From NCBI GenBank assembly GCA_002633005.1, contig NMRA01000156.1, positions 1 through 64,000 of the forward strand: a stretch of DNA of 64,000 bases. Direction: 5' to 3'. Source of the stretch: Phoronis australis (Eukaryota > Animalia > Phoronida). Shown piece after piece: positions 13,177 to 25,951 of the stretch. A program made the translations under genes and the position numbers. The notes under the pieces are model-generated. The model saw only the letters and a program-made list of their open reading frames with translations. It was not told the DNA's origin and made no database searches. The first letter of the stretch is position 1, and each line of letters opens with the position of its first letter.

Positions 13177-15620
13177 AAATCTAGTCAATAACAGTGGAGC
13201 ACTGTAACCGGATATTTTCAACTGGTGTGCGACAACGCATTGATAGAACACTCTCCATGCAAATACTTTGAGTTCTGTACAATTCAACTAAGGAGCTGTG
13301 TCTCATTAAAATCGTAAATATTTAAATTTGCAGCAAGCGTCTCCAACTGACTTCCTGGAGAACTGAGTGTACAAGTATAATCAGGAAAAGAAACAATTTA
13401 TAAATAAATTGCGGGTTTTAAAGACAACACTATAACCGATACATTAAAAACATGTGTGAACATATAGAAAACCCTAGTAATTCCAAATATTACGCAATCG
13501 TTATTGAAATAAGCAAATAATAAAAACTGTGCCTTGTTTCATTTGGGTAACGACAATGCTCATAAAAATAGTAATGGTAATTGGTTCTCGGATGGTTTCC
13601 GGCAGACTGGAGGACACGGTGTTGTTTGTAAATTAGTACTTCATTTGTATATTCACAATTTAATGAGACTTTGCATCTTAAACGTGATTAAATGTAATTA
13701 CTACTAATTATATACATTATGTTGTTTATATAGCACGTATTTAAACTAGCGCTTCAGTGTTAATATTTACATATACATATCTGTCTTTTGTTTTCACTTG
13801 CTTCAAACACCAAGTGTGTTACATGAGTTGAAAATGTTAATAAAAAACTGTTTCATAAATTGCGCTTTTGTATGTACTCACGTTTTTTATAGTTAATCAC
13901 CATAAATTGAAACAGGAAACACAAAAATTGACTATTTCTGTTCGATTTGAAAAAATGATGAATTAAAAGTCATTTGGGAATAAGTTTTGATAGTTCGTTT
14001 TAAAACTACTTTTACAAAATTTCTAGAGACATTACCTAATTACGACCGAAAAACGCATTTTGGGGATTATTGCAGTATGCGATAGATTTTTGAAGTTATC
14101 AGCTTTGATCAGAACTGTATGTGATTTATTGCCAGTCGCCAATGAATTCTCGTGTTATCTGCTAGACATTTGAAGTCACGGCCTGTGACTATACCAGTCA
14201 AATACACTTAAAAGTTGCAGTCTGTCCTGTTTAGCTAGTGAAATCACAAAAGAGTCACTCATAGTTCCAACTATTTCGAAGAATAGTTCAATTTATGAAA
14301 AAATCTCAAATATTATCGAGTTCAAGAATTTCGATAATCAAAAACGTACATTGCTATTGTATCAATGATTCAAAACATGTTTTGGATAAAATCATACAGG
14401 TTTTGCAAGACTGCACTGGCCTTGATAGCATTGCAGAAATGGCATTGTCTATTGTTTCTGATTTCATATCACAATAAGTTGGTGTTGGACGGCAGTGGTA
14501 GACTGCATGAAACATACGCAATAGATGTAATCCGTGAACGTGAGTTTGGAGCAGAGAAAGAACCCCTATAGACGAAAACCGGGGCGGCAATTATACGGCG
14601 CTCGCAAAATGTACGTAATTGATTTGTTCGGGCATACACCTGCAAAAATAAGGGTAATGAAAGCATCTCCAATTAAAACAATGGATGCTGCTAATCTAGC
14701 TATTCCGCGCATTCATTCTATAACCCGTATCGGAAACATTACGCATTGTGCATGCGCGAACGCTCGTCACGTGCGTGATAGAAAGGTTGTTGACAGTACT
14801 CCGATATTTTCCTTTTGTTCCACACGGTCCAGTAAACACAAAATAATACCAATTGCTGTTAAATGTACATTTTCATATGGAGGCATAAAATTTAATTTCA
14901 GAAATGCAATTTCGAGAGTTGAAAATAGTCACAAACAGGGATAATTTTAAGCAACAGGTCTCAAAACTCGTCTGGTAATACCCACCTATTAGGACCAATT
15001 CTTAAAATGCAGCTTTTAGTCATTAGGTCCAGTCTGCTAAATTTAGAAATAGTTCCATTTTGTTTTACCTTTGTTTGAGAAAACCAGGGACCGGGCTCTA
15101 ATCTTTTTATTCGAGATAGAACTCGAAATTATGTTTGGCATTTTCTACTCTACTTTTGCGCGAACTCAAGATAAGTGTCTAGAGTACATAATGACTTACG
15201 TGGAGGATTTTTTTAGTCCAGGCAAACATGTCATAATAGTCCCATTCTTCAGTTTAAATGCGAGTAACATGTCGTCGGGATCCTTTGACTTCGACATTAT
15301 ACTCAGTAACCTACTTTAGCAGACGATATTTTCACGTGGAAGCTTAGCATGATTAGATGTGTAGTAAGCTAGATTAGTTGCTTAAAACTTATATTGTAGA
15401 TTCACTTTATTTCTATTATATTTAATTTTTAAATTGGTTTTGTGTAAAAACATTATTTTATCAAGAATAACTTGGCGTTTCTTAAAAGGTCACGACCTCC
15501 GACCCCGGGCCTCTGACATAGAAAGAAATTACAAAGCCGATGCGAGTTGAGAAAGGTAGATCGATTCATTGCAATGTTTCTCGTTCAGTATGTGGTACAA
15601 ATATATTATTACATGTTCTC

Positions 15621-15708
15621 AGTCGTCATCCCCCTTATCTAGAGCCCGAATGGATTTTGGAGAATTCTCCAAAATTCACTCGGGCTCTAGATTACGGGGA
15701 TAGCGACT
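15621..15708. repeat. Near-perfect loopless palindrome
   Basis: atctagagcccgaatggattttggaGAATTCtccaaaattcactcgggctctagat with outer arms agtcg..atcccc / ggggatagcgact. Confidence 0.85.
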
Positions 15709-18700
15709 TCGCCATGAAGTAACATATCTTTACTAAAGAGGCATGGAACGCGAAAGCTCGTCAATATATCTTTTAAACAATTCCTGAAGAAAGTGCGCAA
15801 CGTCTAGTACAGAATAATTTACTGTCCCCGAAAAAATTCACGATCTTTGAAATACGTGTGAAGGAAAAAGTCTGTGGTTACCACAGAGTTTCTAATCTCC
15901 CTCCCACTTAGGATAAATGCGCGGATGCGCGCATAGTTAGTTGCTTGAAGTCGCTTGAGGTCAAAGACCACATTTTCCATATAAGCGATATGTGCTACGT
16001 CTATGTCTTGCCATACCAAATAAGGGGACGTGCTTTGCCTTGTGAGAGAAAAATCGATGAAGAGACGAGCTGTTGATAGATCGTTTTTTGAAATATGAAA
16101 CTAAAAGAAAATGTTTAATATCAATAAAAATTAAAAGTCTTTACGAACAAACCCTAAAATACCTGGTGATCTGGTTGAATCCTGCGTTCCAGGCCTCTTT
16201 CAGCCAAAACTGAGTTTAGAATCTCTTTAACTCACGTTTTCAAACCGCAGGAGCCTTTAGTAGGACACAGCTGATGGGTTTTATGGCCAAAATCTTGTTT
16301 TGGAGGGTGATTTATGGGAAGGGCTGACCTTTTGAAGCAATAAGATTTTATAAGACAGCAAAACATGTTGTGGCTTTGTGATTTTATTGTAAATCACCGA
16401 TTCCTAACCAGAGTTTCCAATCAAAGTAAATTGAAAACGAGGCGGCCACCTCATTAGCTGTTCCGTCGGTTGCCATCGTGAAAATGGTCGACGTGTGTAG
16501 AGCTGTTCATAGCTGAAAAAGTCAAGGGTTCATCTTCTAAGTATATGAAAAAAAAACATACGAGGACCCTAAGCTTAGCACATTGGAAGTCAGTTTGCCC
16601 TTAGTTGCAAAAGATCATTTCGCGAGTACTTACACACGCCAAATGCTTTTTCTTATATGGCTAAATAAACAATTATTATCATTACATAAAAAGTTTCCAC
16701 ATTTTAAGTTACACGTTTTCTGCAAATGCTGTTTTTGTGTGGATTAAATTGTCGCATACATGTGGCAGTAGAGGGGGCTGTAAATAACAACATCAGCCAA
16801 TTGTAGACTAAGAAACCCATATCGGGTACTCGCGGTACATTGCATATCTACCGACAGTACCAGAGCAAGAGACCTATGGCTCTTAGACTACGTTTACTCA
16901 TTGGTCTTTTAGAAACCTGATCATAAAAGTAGTCAATGAAAATGTGTTTGCACGCAAAACATGCACCAGAGTATTTTTTCGCAGCGTTTCTAGTTGCTTA
17001 AAAAAGTAATCAGATTGCTAAAGACTTATACAAGAAGTGTAGTCTAGAATTAAGAAATTTGCATATCAAGTTATTTTGAAACTTAAAAGGACGTCATGTT
17101 GAAGGGGCATTTTTGGGAATAAGTTTTAATAAAGCTGGTTTATGTTAAAGTAGCCGAATCCTTGTTTTCTACAATTGTCCCAGAAATATTTCCGTAGTTA
17201 GAGGAGGCAAGGGTCATGTTTAGCTCAATTCAAAGATCGTGATTCGTTTCGATGTTCCGTTCATTTTTAAATCTTAACTGTCTTATTCGTCAAACTCTGG
17301 TCTAGCATTCTAAACACTCATTTTGTGATTTTGTGCAGATTTTAAGGCATATAAAGCCGAAAGGTTATTTTTAACCTGTCTACAAGCAGCCTGACCACAT
17401 ACATTGGTTTTGGCCTCAATTATCAAAAAATAATGGATGAATAGCCTAAAATATTGGCCAATCAGACACAACAGAGCATTGAGAACTGCCTCCACAGTCG
17501 CCATTTCTCACGTTTCTGCAACAATTCCCATTATTTACATCACTATATGCCCTAAGTAATAAATTGGTTCACATGACTACGTCAGCAGGCGATGGGATAT
17601 CTAATGTTAAATATGATACTGTGTCCGACTTCTATTGGCGTACGTTTTACCCAGACTCTTTTTAAAAATTACTCTTCGTTACCAAGACAACTTAAGAAAG
17701 TACAAATACTAACACACAGGAAAACAGAAAGGTTCCGTTAATTTTTAATTTTAATACAAAAACACGTTTTAGACAATTTTCATTACATCAATGTAATACT
17801 CTTCTGTTGATGTTAATAACATTTTACTTCAATTTGGAGAAGACCCTTAGGAGTCCATGAGAGGTAACTGGTGGGGGATAAAGAAGACAGTGACACTGTG
17901 GTTTCTAGTGATCTGGTAAAAGTCGACGAAAATTAATCTAAAATAGAGGCCTGTTTTTGTCCTACGTTTCCCTGTTACTTTCCTCACAACTCCTACTTTT
18001 GTAAATACTCTATGTCACCCTTCCCATACGTTTTCAGTTGAAACAACACAATAACTGAAGTCCGCCACTTGTTTAGTTTAAGTATCAAAAATGTTCGGAT
18101 ATCTGTTAGTTAAAGACGTTTAATATTCTACCACCAGTGGATTGCTCTGCGAGACGTGTTGAACTTTTCCAGAAATGCTCGGACAGACAGCTAGATGGGT
18201 ATGCATTCCTCCAACGATCTCCAGAAATAATCTTACTTTTGATTGATTTTTAGCGTAAACCTAAAATCGTTTTTTGAAAAGCTTACCTTTCGAGTCCGTG
18301 ACTAATTAACTGACTGAATCCATTGCAGTCTCCATATTTTTTAGTGATTTTGGTCAGTCGGCATAAAAACTCGTTTTCCTAGATGGCCCTAAATTCCTCT
18401 TTGAAAAATTGACAAGCTACTAATTATAATTGCGAATTTGTGTACGCAGTTTTTTGGTGTTTTTAACAATTGCCAAAGTACTGCGTTATTGGTCATCGTG
18501 TCTGAACTCCTGTGAGTTCGAGAATAGGACGGTACCTGGAGGTCACGTGGTCCAACATCCGAGGAAGTCGAGGATCACTGGCTTCACAGATTTTTGAAAA
18601 AATAAAAGTATAAGCAAAATACATTCACTGAAGAAAATCGACGTAGTTTTGATAAAAAAGCTAACAACAGCCACTGAAAGTTTGAGATGAATTTACGTTT

Positions 18701-19544
18701 TGTTCTCTTCACTTAGACCGATTACGTCACTTTCATCAATACCAATCACAACTGTTTCGCTCAAGCTCAAGAGATTGTTGCTGTTCGCATATTTGCTACT
18801 TTCGCGGATTGGTATACGCGATTTGAATTTGCGCACATGATGTGGCGAGTGTTTCTTATAGAAATATTTTCAAATTACTTCTATCACGTCCGTAAGGCAA
18901 ATTAATTTGTGAATACATTTCACCGATGATAGAGACGAAAACGAACTTTATAGTTTCTGCGGATTATTCGAAACACGCACGAAAAATTGATATTCGAGCT
19001 TAAATTTTATTACAACGTACCGCAACTGTGACACTCGAAGCCTTCATTAAACGCAATATGGTGAGGTACTCAAAGACTACATGATTCCAAGGTGTGTATC
19101 ATACCTGGGCACGCCTTGGACACGCCCATGCCTTAGGCTACCAACACATGCGTTGGTGTAATCGATAACGCTGAATTTGACACCATCTCAATTGTCGTGG
19201 CGAAGAAAGGGTCACTGTACAGTAGTCATTAGGGTTTGGCTGGCAGTACACGCATCACTGGACTTGATGCCTTTCTTCTTTTTTCCACTCTGTCGAAAAG
19301 TCTATGAACGAAATGAGAAGTTGGGACTCCTTCACGTCAAAACTGCTACGCATGACTACAAACTTTATTTTGCCTCATATTTTACCCTTTTACTTACTCC
19401 AAAAAAGGAAGCGAGACTCAAAAAAGGTGTCAAAACCCACAATGTCCTCGCGAATCCTATACACAAGCTAACATTAGATTCTGAACGCCAACTTCCTCCA
19501 CATTCCAAAAATATGGTTTTTATTCACTTGCTTTTAACAATAGA

Positions 19545-19789
19545 AATAATAATAACAATGATGATGATGATGATGGTGGTGGTGATGATGATAGTACTTA
19601 TTATCATCATCATCATCATCATCATTATCATCATGATCATGATCATGATGGCGATGATAATGATGATGATGATAATGATCATGATGATCATCATCATGAT
19701 CATGATGGCGATGATAATGATGATGATGATAATAAGTACTGATCATCATGATCATGATCATCATCATCATGATCTTCATCATCATGATC

Positions 19790-19833
<44 letters not shown>
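19545..19833. repeat. Compound (ATG/CAT)n microsatellite with internal strand inversions
   Basis: Alternating atg and cat tracts; explains the poly-M/I/H/D ORFs in the track. Confidence 0.95.
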
Positions 19834-20018
19834 TAATGCTTGTGTTATTGTTATTAGTTTTAAAGTGGCTATAAAGCAACGTTCCGTTCAAGAAGGGAAT
19901 TTTGATTTAGACCACTTGCGGCCGTACAATTGGCCTCAACTTGTTACTTACTCAATTGAGAAGTGATTTCAATGTCATTTGCAGTTCGTTATTCCTTGAG
20001 ACCTTGCTCGGCGCATAA

Positions 20019-20086
20019 AATGATACGATGTTGCGAGCCTGATGTCAAGCAATGATACGATGTTGCGAGCCTGATGTCAAGCAATG
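20019..20086. repeat. Exact 32-bp tandem duplication
   Basis: aatgatacgatgttgcgagcctgatgtcaagc x2, followed by aatg. Confidence 0.9.
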
Positions 20087-21086
20087 GCAAATTTCTCAGC
20101 TCTTTCGAATCTCCGAAATCACTACAAGTTGGAGAGAGGAACAATTTAACATCGTCAAGTTTTGGCTGCTCGAAAAGCGAAACGTAAACACCCAATCCAC
20201 GAATGAATCGTAAATAATAGAACTTACTAAACTTATTATTGTCGGCTTTTCTCAAAAGGCACATTCGCGACTGTATTGTTACCTAACGAGAAGTCCTAAA
20301 CGATTGTGGAGCAGCTGGAGTCATGGCGTCATCTGTCCTGAACACAGTAAACATTTAAACTGAAAGTGCCGTGGGCGTAACAAGCTTTCCACGACGGGAC
20401 TTATGGGCGGAGTTTGACCACGTGCGCCACATTTGATGGACAGCTCTATTCAGGACAGTTGCTGCGTGAAAGGTGCTCCCGCGGAGAACGTTTTGATAAA
20501 AATCAACGCGCCAATTTCTAAAGTTGTCACACGCGATCGGCTCTTCCACTAACGCTACTGCCAATTTTTACCTCAGGCGAACAGGCAAGATTGGAATAAT
20601 TTCTCACTACGTGGTATTATGACTACTGAAACTAATCCTATTGTATACCTCTTGATTACTGGTTGGTCTTGAATTCTGAAAGCGTGGCCACCTTGTGAAG
20701 TGCAACCTGATTCAATGGACAGGTCAAGCTTTCCTTTTCTGCTTTTAAAATTCGCTAAAGCAAGCAGAACAGAAAAACTTTATGCAATCGAGGACTCGGA
20801 AATAACGAATACGAGCTCCCGGTTTGCTGCAAATTGAATGGCGATATATTCCCGATCTTGGTGATAAAAACGCTTAAAATTTCCAAAAACCAGTTCGGAA
20901 ATTGAGTTTGTTCACGCACGAACTAAACCTTGACCCGGTCAGGCGATTACACACAAGATAAATATAACGTTGTCGATCTTTACTTAAAGAGATAAAATAA
21001 TGCCTGAACTTCAGCTATATTTAACGTTGGAAGCTGCACTTTGCTACGTTTAGGTGGCTAAAAGGAACTCAAATTAGGTCCTTTAC

Positions 21087-21204
21087 CAGTGGCGGATTTA
21101 GAGGGGGACCAAGAGGACCGTGCCCCCCCCTAAAATTCTCCAAGATACCATTGGACAGTTCGGGGGTTCNCCCCCCCTAACTCAAAATCCTGGATCCGCC
21201 CATG
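21087..21204. mobile_element. Short MITE of the CAGTGGCGGAT...ATCCGCC family
   Basis: Termini cagtggcggattta / tggatccgcccatg, flanked on both sides by tttac; N at 21170. Relatives at about 24476-24604, 26268-26320, 33707-34238, 44912-44960 and 57990-58103. Confidence 0.7.
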
Positions 21205-23232
21205 TTTACTCTTTATAAAATCAGTTTTTCAAATTATTCTTTACCGTGATAGGATTGTATTTCCAAAACATCAGTCATCAGCGACTAGAAAACTCTTCAG
21301 AGTTAATTGGGGTAGGGCAACCCTAAATTGCAAATTTGAAAATGGCGCATGTACACATTGCTTGTGGCTTGAGTTGCCAGCTGATTCGACAACAACTCAG
21401 GATCAAATGAAAGTGGTACTGTTTTTAAACCCCAAAGTACTTCGGTTAAGAGTTCATCGTTAACAGCTAAACAAGGGTCAAAGTGTCCCTTTGTAAACAA
21501 TACGAAATAAATGGCCATTTCGTTGACAATTTATTCAACACAGTTTTCACTTCTTTGACGAGGCAACAGGTTTTCGTTTTTGATTCATGACACCAAGTGA
21601 CGCAATTACCGTAACTCAGTGCTCTTTTTGCCTCTTTGTCGATTTGTGAACTGAATAGTTCGCTCTGCTTACAAAGATGCGTGTTGACTACATAAACTGA
21701 CTGCAAAGGCCCCGATGTTCGCTTATCAAACTTTCGCTCCGAAAAACAGAGACTGGAACTTCGGTCTGGTGAATATGACAGCTTACCTCCAGAAGAGTAA
21801 CTGACTCAGGATATGGGTGCCACTGAAACATTAGGATACCCAGCTATATAGAGAGTGGACTGAACATGGACCTACAGTATTCGTAGAGGGTTTCCGCGCA
21901 AATGTCACCCTTTTAATTCCATAAACCTGGACTGAGGTTCTCGGAAAGCTGACTGTTTAGTCCCTGAAAGAGTGCAAGAAGAAATTCCAAGCTTGTCACA
22001 AATGAGTACATCTTTTTTTCTACAAAAGTTTTAAAAATACATATAATATTAGAAATCCTACTGTAAATTTGTGTAGTTGGAATAGAAGTCTGTTTGTAGA
22101 GTTTCGAACTCCCAAAGTTCACCCTTAGTCAGAAAAGTTGCCATTTTATAGGGAGACAGGTTTTTAAAAAGTTCTGGGCGCCACGTCCTGTAATGGGTCC
22201 TGCAGAAGTACCTCACGTGTGTCGGTGAGGAAACGTTTGCTGCGACGGCTCGTAATACCATCTGGTCCTGGGATGGCTGATGGCTCATTACACGCACGAT
22301 TGAACACGATTATCAAATCGGAGCGTCTTTGTGTGCACGCTTCAACGGACTTCTGTGCTAGAATTTTACAAAAGGCAAATACAGCGCATACATGTATTTA
22401 TCACAGCAAAGATCTCCGAAATCCTATTCTTAGCCATGCTGTATTGGTAAAAATGATCCTTGTTTTCGTTTGAGAGACAGTGTAAGAATGGGGCTCCATT
22501 GACCAGACATTGAACTAAACTTCCAAACCAGTGGTTTCCTATAGAAACGTGTGGCAGAAAATTGATGTACCTATTACTCCCTATCCTCTAGTGAAACAAG
22601 AGGTTAAAAGCCTTCCAGTGAACTCTTATTTAAATATAACAGTTGTATCGCTGTTGGAAATTGTATTTTATGTATTTACACCTCGGTTTTAGCAACACAT
22701 GTTTTGTAATTTTCGATGATTTTCGCATGTAACGTGACAAAATATGTAGTTTCTTATAACAAAGTAATGAGTTTTTGCCGTTGCGAAAATTCCAGAAAAA
22801 TAATAATAATGACAGTTTTAGTAATAGTAACAGGCCTATTAACCGTAAAAGCAAAAGTACTAATAACAGGATGTATTTAGGTACAGTCAAACAATATGCG
22901 ACTCGATTGATGAAAGGTTGATATACTATGCGAATGTAAAATAAATTAAAACTGCTAGGGCAATGCAGGTGGAAGTTATGAAAATTAAGTACCATTGAAA
23001 TTGGTTTGATATATGTATTATGCAAAGCACGGAATAAATCAATTCCTTTTTCGTCATTTAATTTGAATGGTAGAGCGTGAAGCTTGCCTTCGAGCACTAT
23101 TTCAGTGAGTGTACGTGAAACGAGTAAATTTACCTGCCTAGCTAAAAACCTTTACTTGTTACATACGCTGAACGTATACACATTCACTCGAGAGCAAGAT
23201 TTATATGCAAAAACTTTCAAGCCATGCTTAAG

Positions 23233-23262
23233 CCCCGCCCAATCGTTCGTGAGACAGCCAAT
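23233..23262 (+). promoter_or_regulatory. Possible promoter-proximal GC box plus two CCAAT boxes
   Basis: CCCCGCCC 23233-23240, CCAAT 23239-23243 and 23258-23262, about 1 kb upstream of the first coding exon. No transcript evidence. Confidence 0.25.
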
Positions 23263-23612
23263 AAGGAGTCTCGTGCTGTTTGAAAGAGGTCGCGTGCCGG
23301 ACCTGTTGCCGCTTCGTCAAGTCTGCTAAGAACCATTATCTTTGCATCTGCCTCGCTTGCAGCTCAACGATATAAATGTTGAAATGGAGCCAGGATTTGC
23401 TCATATCTCCACAACCCTGCGCCCGGTCTACTACGAAACTGTCTGGGCCGGCAGTCCAATTTTTAAACAGCGAGCTAAAAAATATTTGCATCATGCCGAG
23501 CGCATATGGGATGGCTTTCTCGCCTGTGTCAATGAGTAGCACCGATTCAGGTACTGTTGAATAGTAGTAGTTTGTAGTCGTAATTTCTTCTCTGAGGTTG
23601 GCTGCGGCGTTT

Positions 23613-23781
23613 ACCCACATGTTCCCATGCCGCCCTCGCGATATCAGTCTTTAATGCGGGTAAGACCTCAGTGAATGAATGAAGACGAAAGCCATTCTCT
23701 AATTTTAATATAGTTATGTTAAATGATGCAACCGGGTAGTCCGTGGCTATATTACACACGAGGTTGACACCGAACCCGTAT
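23613..23781. promoter_or_regulatory. Cluster of GCM-binding octamers and a Su(H)-like site upstream of the first gcm coding exon
   Basis: ATGCGGGT 23654-23661 (perfect GCM site), ACCCGTAT 23774-23781 (ATRCGGGY on minus), ACCCACAT 23613-23620 (one mismatch), TTCCCATG 23622-23629 (YRTGRGAA on minus). Confidence 0.45.
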
Positions 23782-24321
23782 TTAGTGGTCGAGAGGTATT
23801 GCATGGTGCGACTTTACTACTTTTGGTTCCGTGTGTCTGTCTCAGCGGGAGAGGACATTGTGTCTGATAGGTGTTACAATGTCAACCACGTCATTTTTAG
23901 GAACAGTTATTTAAGATTTTAGAGTTTGAAACGACGACGCTGCTTTTGTTTACAATTCTTACACTTTAATGTTTACTGTATTTGTTTATGTTCACTCATT
24001 TTGGAAATTGGACGATTATACAGCTTTAATTTGTTCTGGTGAATTTTTTATGCAATTTTAAATTGGCTTCGTTTTTATTTGGTGCAGATCTTATGTGCTA
24101 CCAAAAGGTGTAACAATGAGTTCAAGTGGTTCTATAGCAACGAATTACAAAATATAAGTGATCTTTGTGCACTTTAACTATAATACTTCCGGCGAAACTT
24201 TTAATACTATTTTACGCAAAACATCGTTTCAGTTTTGCATAATTGTAAATGTTTTTTTTTGTAAAATAACGAATGTCTTTGTTTTTCAGGTTATAATTCT
24301 CCCTCCTCGGAAGGATATAGT

Positions 24322-24420
24322 ATGACCTTGGCAGACGACATGAAGTCACTTCACAGAGCAGACGATCTTGAAGACCCCAACAAACACCTCTGGGATATCA
24401 ACGATGCAAATTTACCAGTG
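24322..24420 (+). CDS. gcm: gcm coding exon 1 (MTLADDMKSLHRADDLEDPNKHLWDINDANLPV), start of GCM domain
   Basis: Hand translation (too short for the ORF track) contains the GCM N-terminal motif WDIND-x-x-LP. Acceptor ttgtttttcag ends at 24289, ATG at 24322, donor GTG|gtgagt after 24420 (phase 0). The frame is open back to the exon start at 24290, so a further upstream coding exon cannot be excluded. Confidence 0.9.
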
Positions 24421-24475
24421 GTGAGTTCACGTTCATCTGATATTTGCTTCTTTAGCAAGTAATACTATTGGGTCT

Positions 24476-24604
24476 CACTGGTAGATACAGGATGTCACAA
24501 GGGGGCCAACCCCACATTTAGAAAATGAGAAAGAATTGACACTAAAAATGTTGTTTTTGTTACCTTTGGTCGTGTCCAATAGGGAACCCTTAAATCCGCC
24601 TGTG
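24476..24604. mobile_element. Degenerate MITE of the same family in a gcm intron
   Basis: cactggtagatacaggatgtcacaagggggccaac closely matches the 33707 copy start; ends taaatccgcctgtg. Confidence 0.55.
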
Positions 24605-25389
24605 AGTCTACTGCCTCTTTTCTAAATATTTTCTTACATACTTATTTCATTATATAGCCTCGTTATTTTGCATGGACTGTTTTTATTTGTGTAGAGCGAG
24701 ACAGCTTGGAATTTAGGGGTGTTTTATTTTGATTTTTGGTTATACTATCTGTAGAAGTTTTAATTCATTTTTGAAATAAAACAATCAACCAAGCACTCCG
24801 CTGAACTAGTGGCAGATGTATGGGGATCAGGACATTTAAACCCACTCAGGTGCCACCACCAAAAGTCACCACCATCTCAAACGGTCCCGCCACCGTGAGC
24901 AACCCCCCGTCGGCAAAATTGTAGACCGGCTCCGCTAAGACATTTTAATGCCTTAGTTTAAAACTAATAACAATGTAGAAAAATTAAAACGAAAATTGCT
25001 AATTTCTCTATTTGTATCAGTTATTCTGTGGTCAACGATTAACCATTATGTAGTTTCCGTTAGTTGTACGCCCGTATATGTAGCACTTGTTGAATGCTGT
25101 TTTACTGTATTCGCTATTGTTGACAATAATATACAAGGTTGATAACGATCTTATGTAAGGGTTGAACTTTGCGTCAGTTTGTGTCGTATTTTTGAAATAT
25201 GAAATTTTCAGTAGCTGCGCTGGTTGCAACATTTTTGATATATCACCAGTTAATGTTAATTTATTATAAGTAGAATTAGTATTGTTACTTTCATTCTGGT
25301 TAGTAGAAGTGTTGTTCTCATAATGTTTGTTACTGTTGTTGTTTATATTATTTTTTGTTGTTATCGTCATTATAATTACCACCGTCACT

Positions 25390-25478
25390 TTTCATTATTA
25401 TCATTACTATTATCACTATTATTGGTATTACTATTATTATTACTATTACTATTATTATTACTATTACTATTATTATTA

Positions 25479-25514
<36 letters not shown>

Positions 25515-25550
25515 CCTCGTTATTATAATTATCCTGTCATCATTATAATA
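25390..25550. repeat. (TAT/TAC)n microsatellite in a gcm intron
   Basis: Long ttattactatta/tattattat tract; source of the poly-L/Y/I ORFs. Confidence 0.95.
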
Positions 25551-25951
25551 TTTATAGTCACATAATATTGAAAGTATTTACATTAAGTTAATGGAATACT
25601 ATAATTTGTCTCTATGATACAAGACATGTAACAGCATATGAAAAGAGGGTACTTCGAGGGCTGATTTAATAGCGACAGTTACAGTGTACTGAATTGAGTT
25701 TAAACTCAGCAACTCTCGCAAACACAAATTCACGGTGGCTTGTTTTCTCAATAAACATCAGAAATAAAATTATAAAAGGCTACATCGAACGGCAACACAC
25801 GTGAATTTGGATGCTTCGAGCAGCATTATGTCGTAGTTACGATTTTGTACCCACTATGATTTTCTTTCAAACAAATGACCATAGGCTCCACAGTTTGCAC
25901 ATAAAAACACTGAACGAATTGCCCTGATATTAACAAACTTGGATTTCCCAG

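Noticed and set aside
19177-19966. ORFs with poly-M/I/H/D tracts (up to 219 aa)
   Set aside because: Translation of an ATG/CAT microsatellite; no domain content.
21843-21853. TATA-like gctatatagag as the gcm promoter
   Set aside because: No supporting downstream donor or initiator could be identified with confidence.
25032-25565. Poly-L/Y/I/N ORFs
   Set aside because: Translation of a TAT microsatellite inside a gcm intron.
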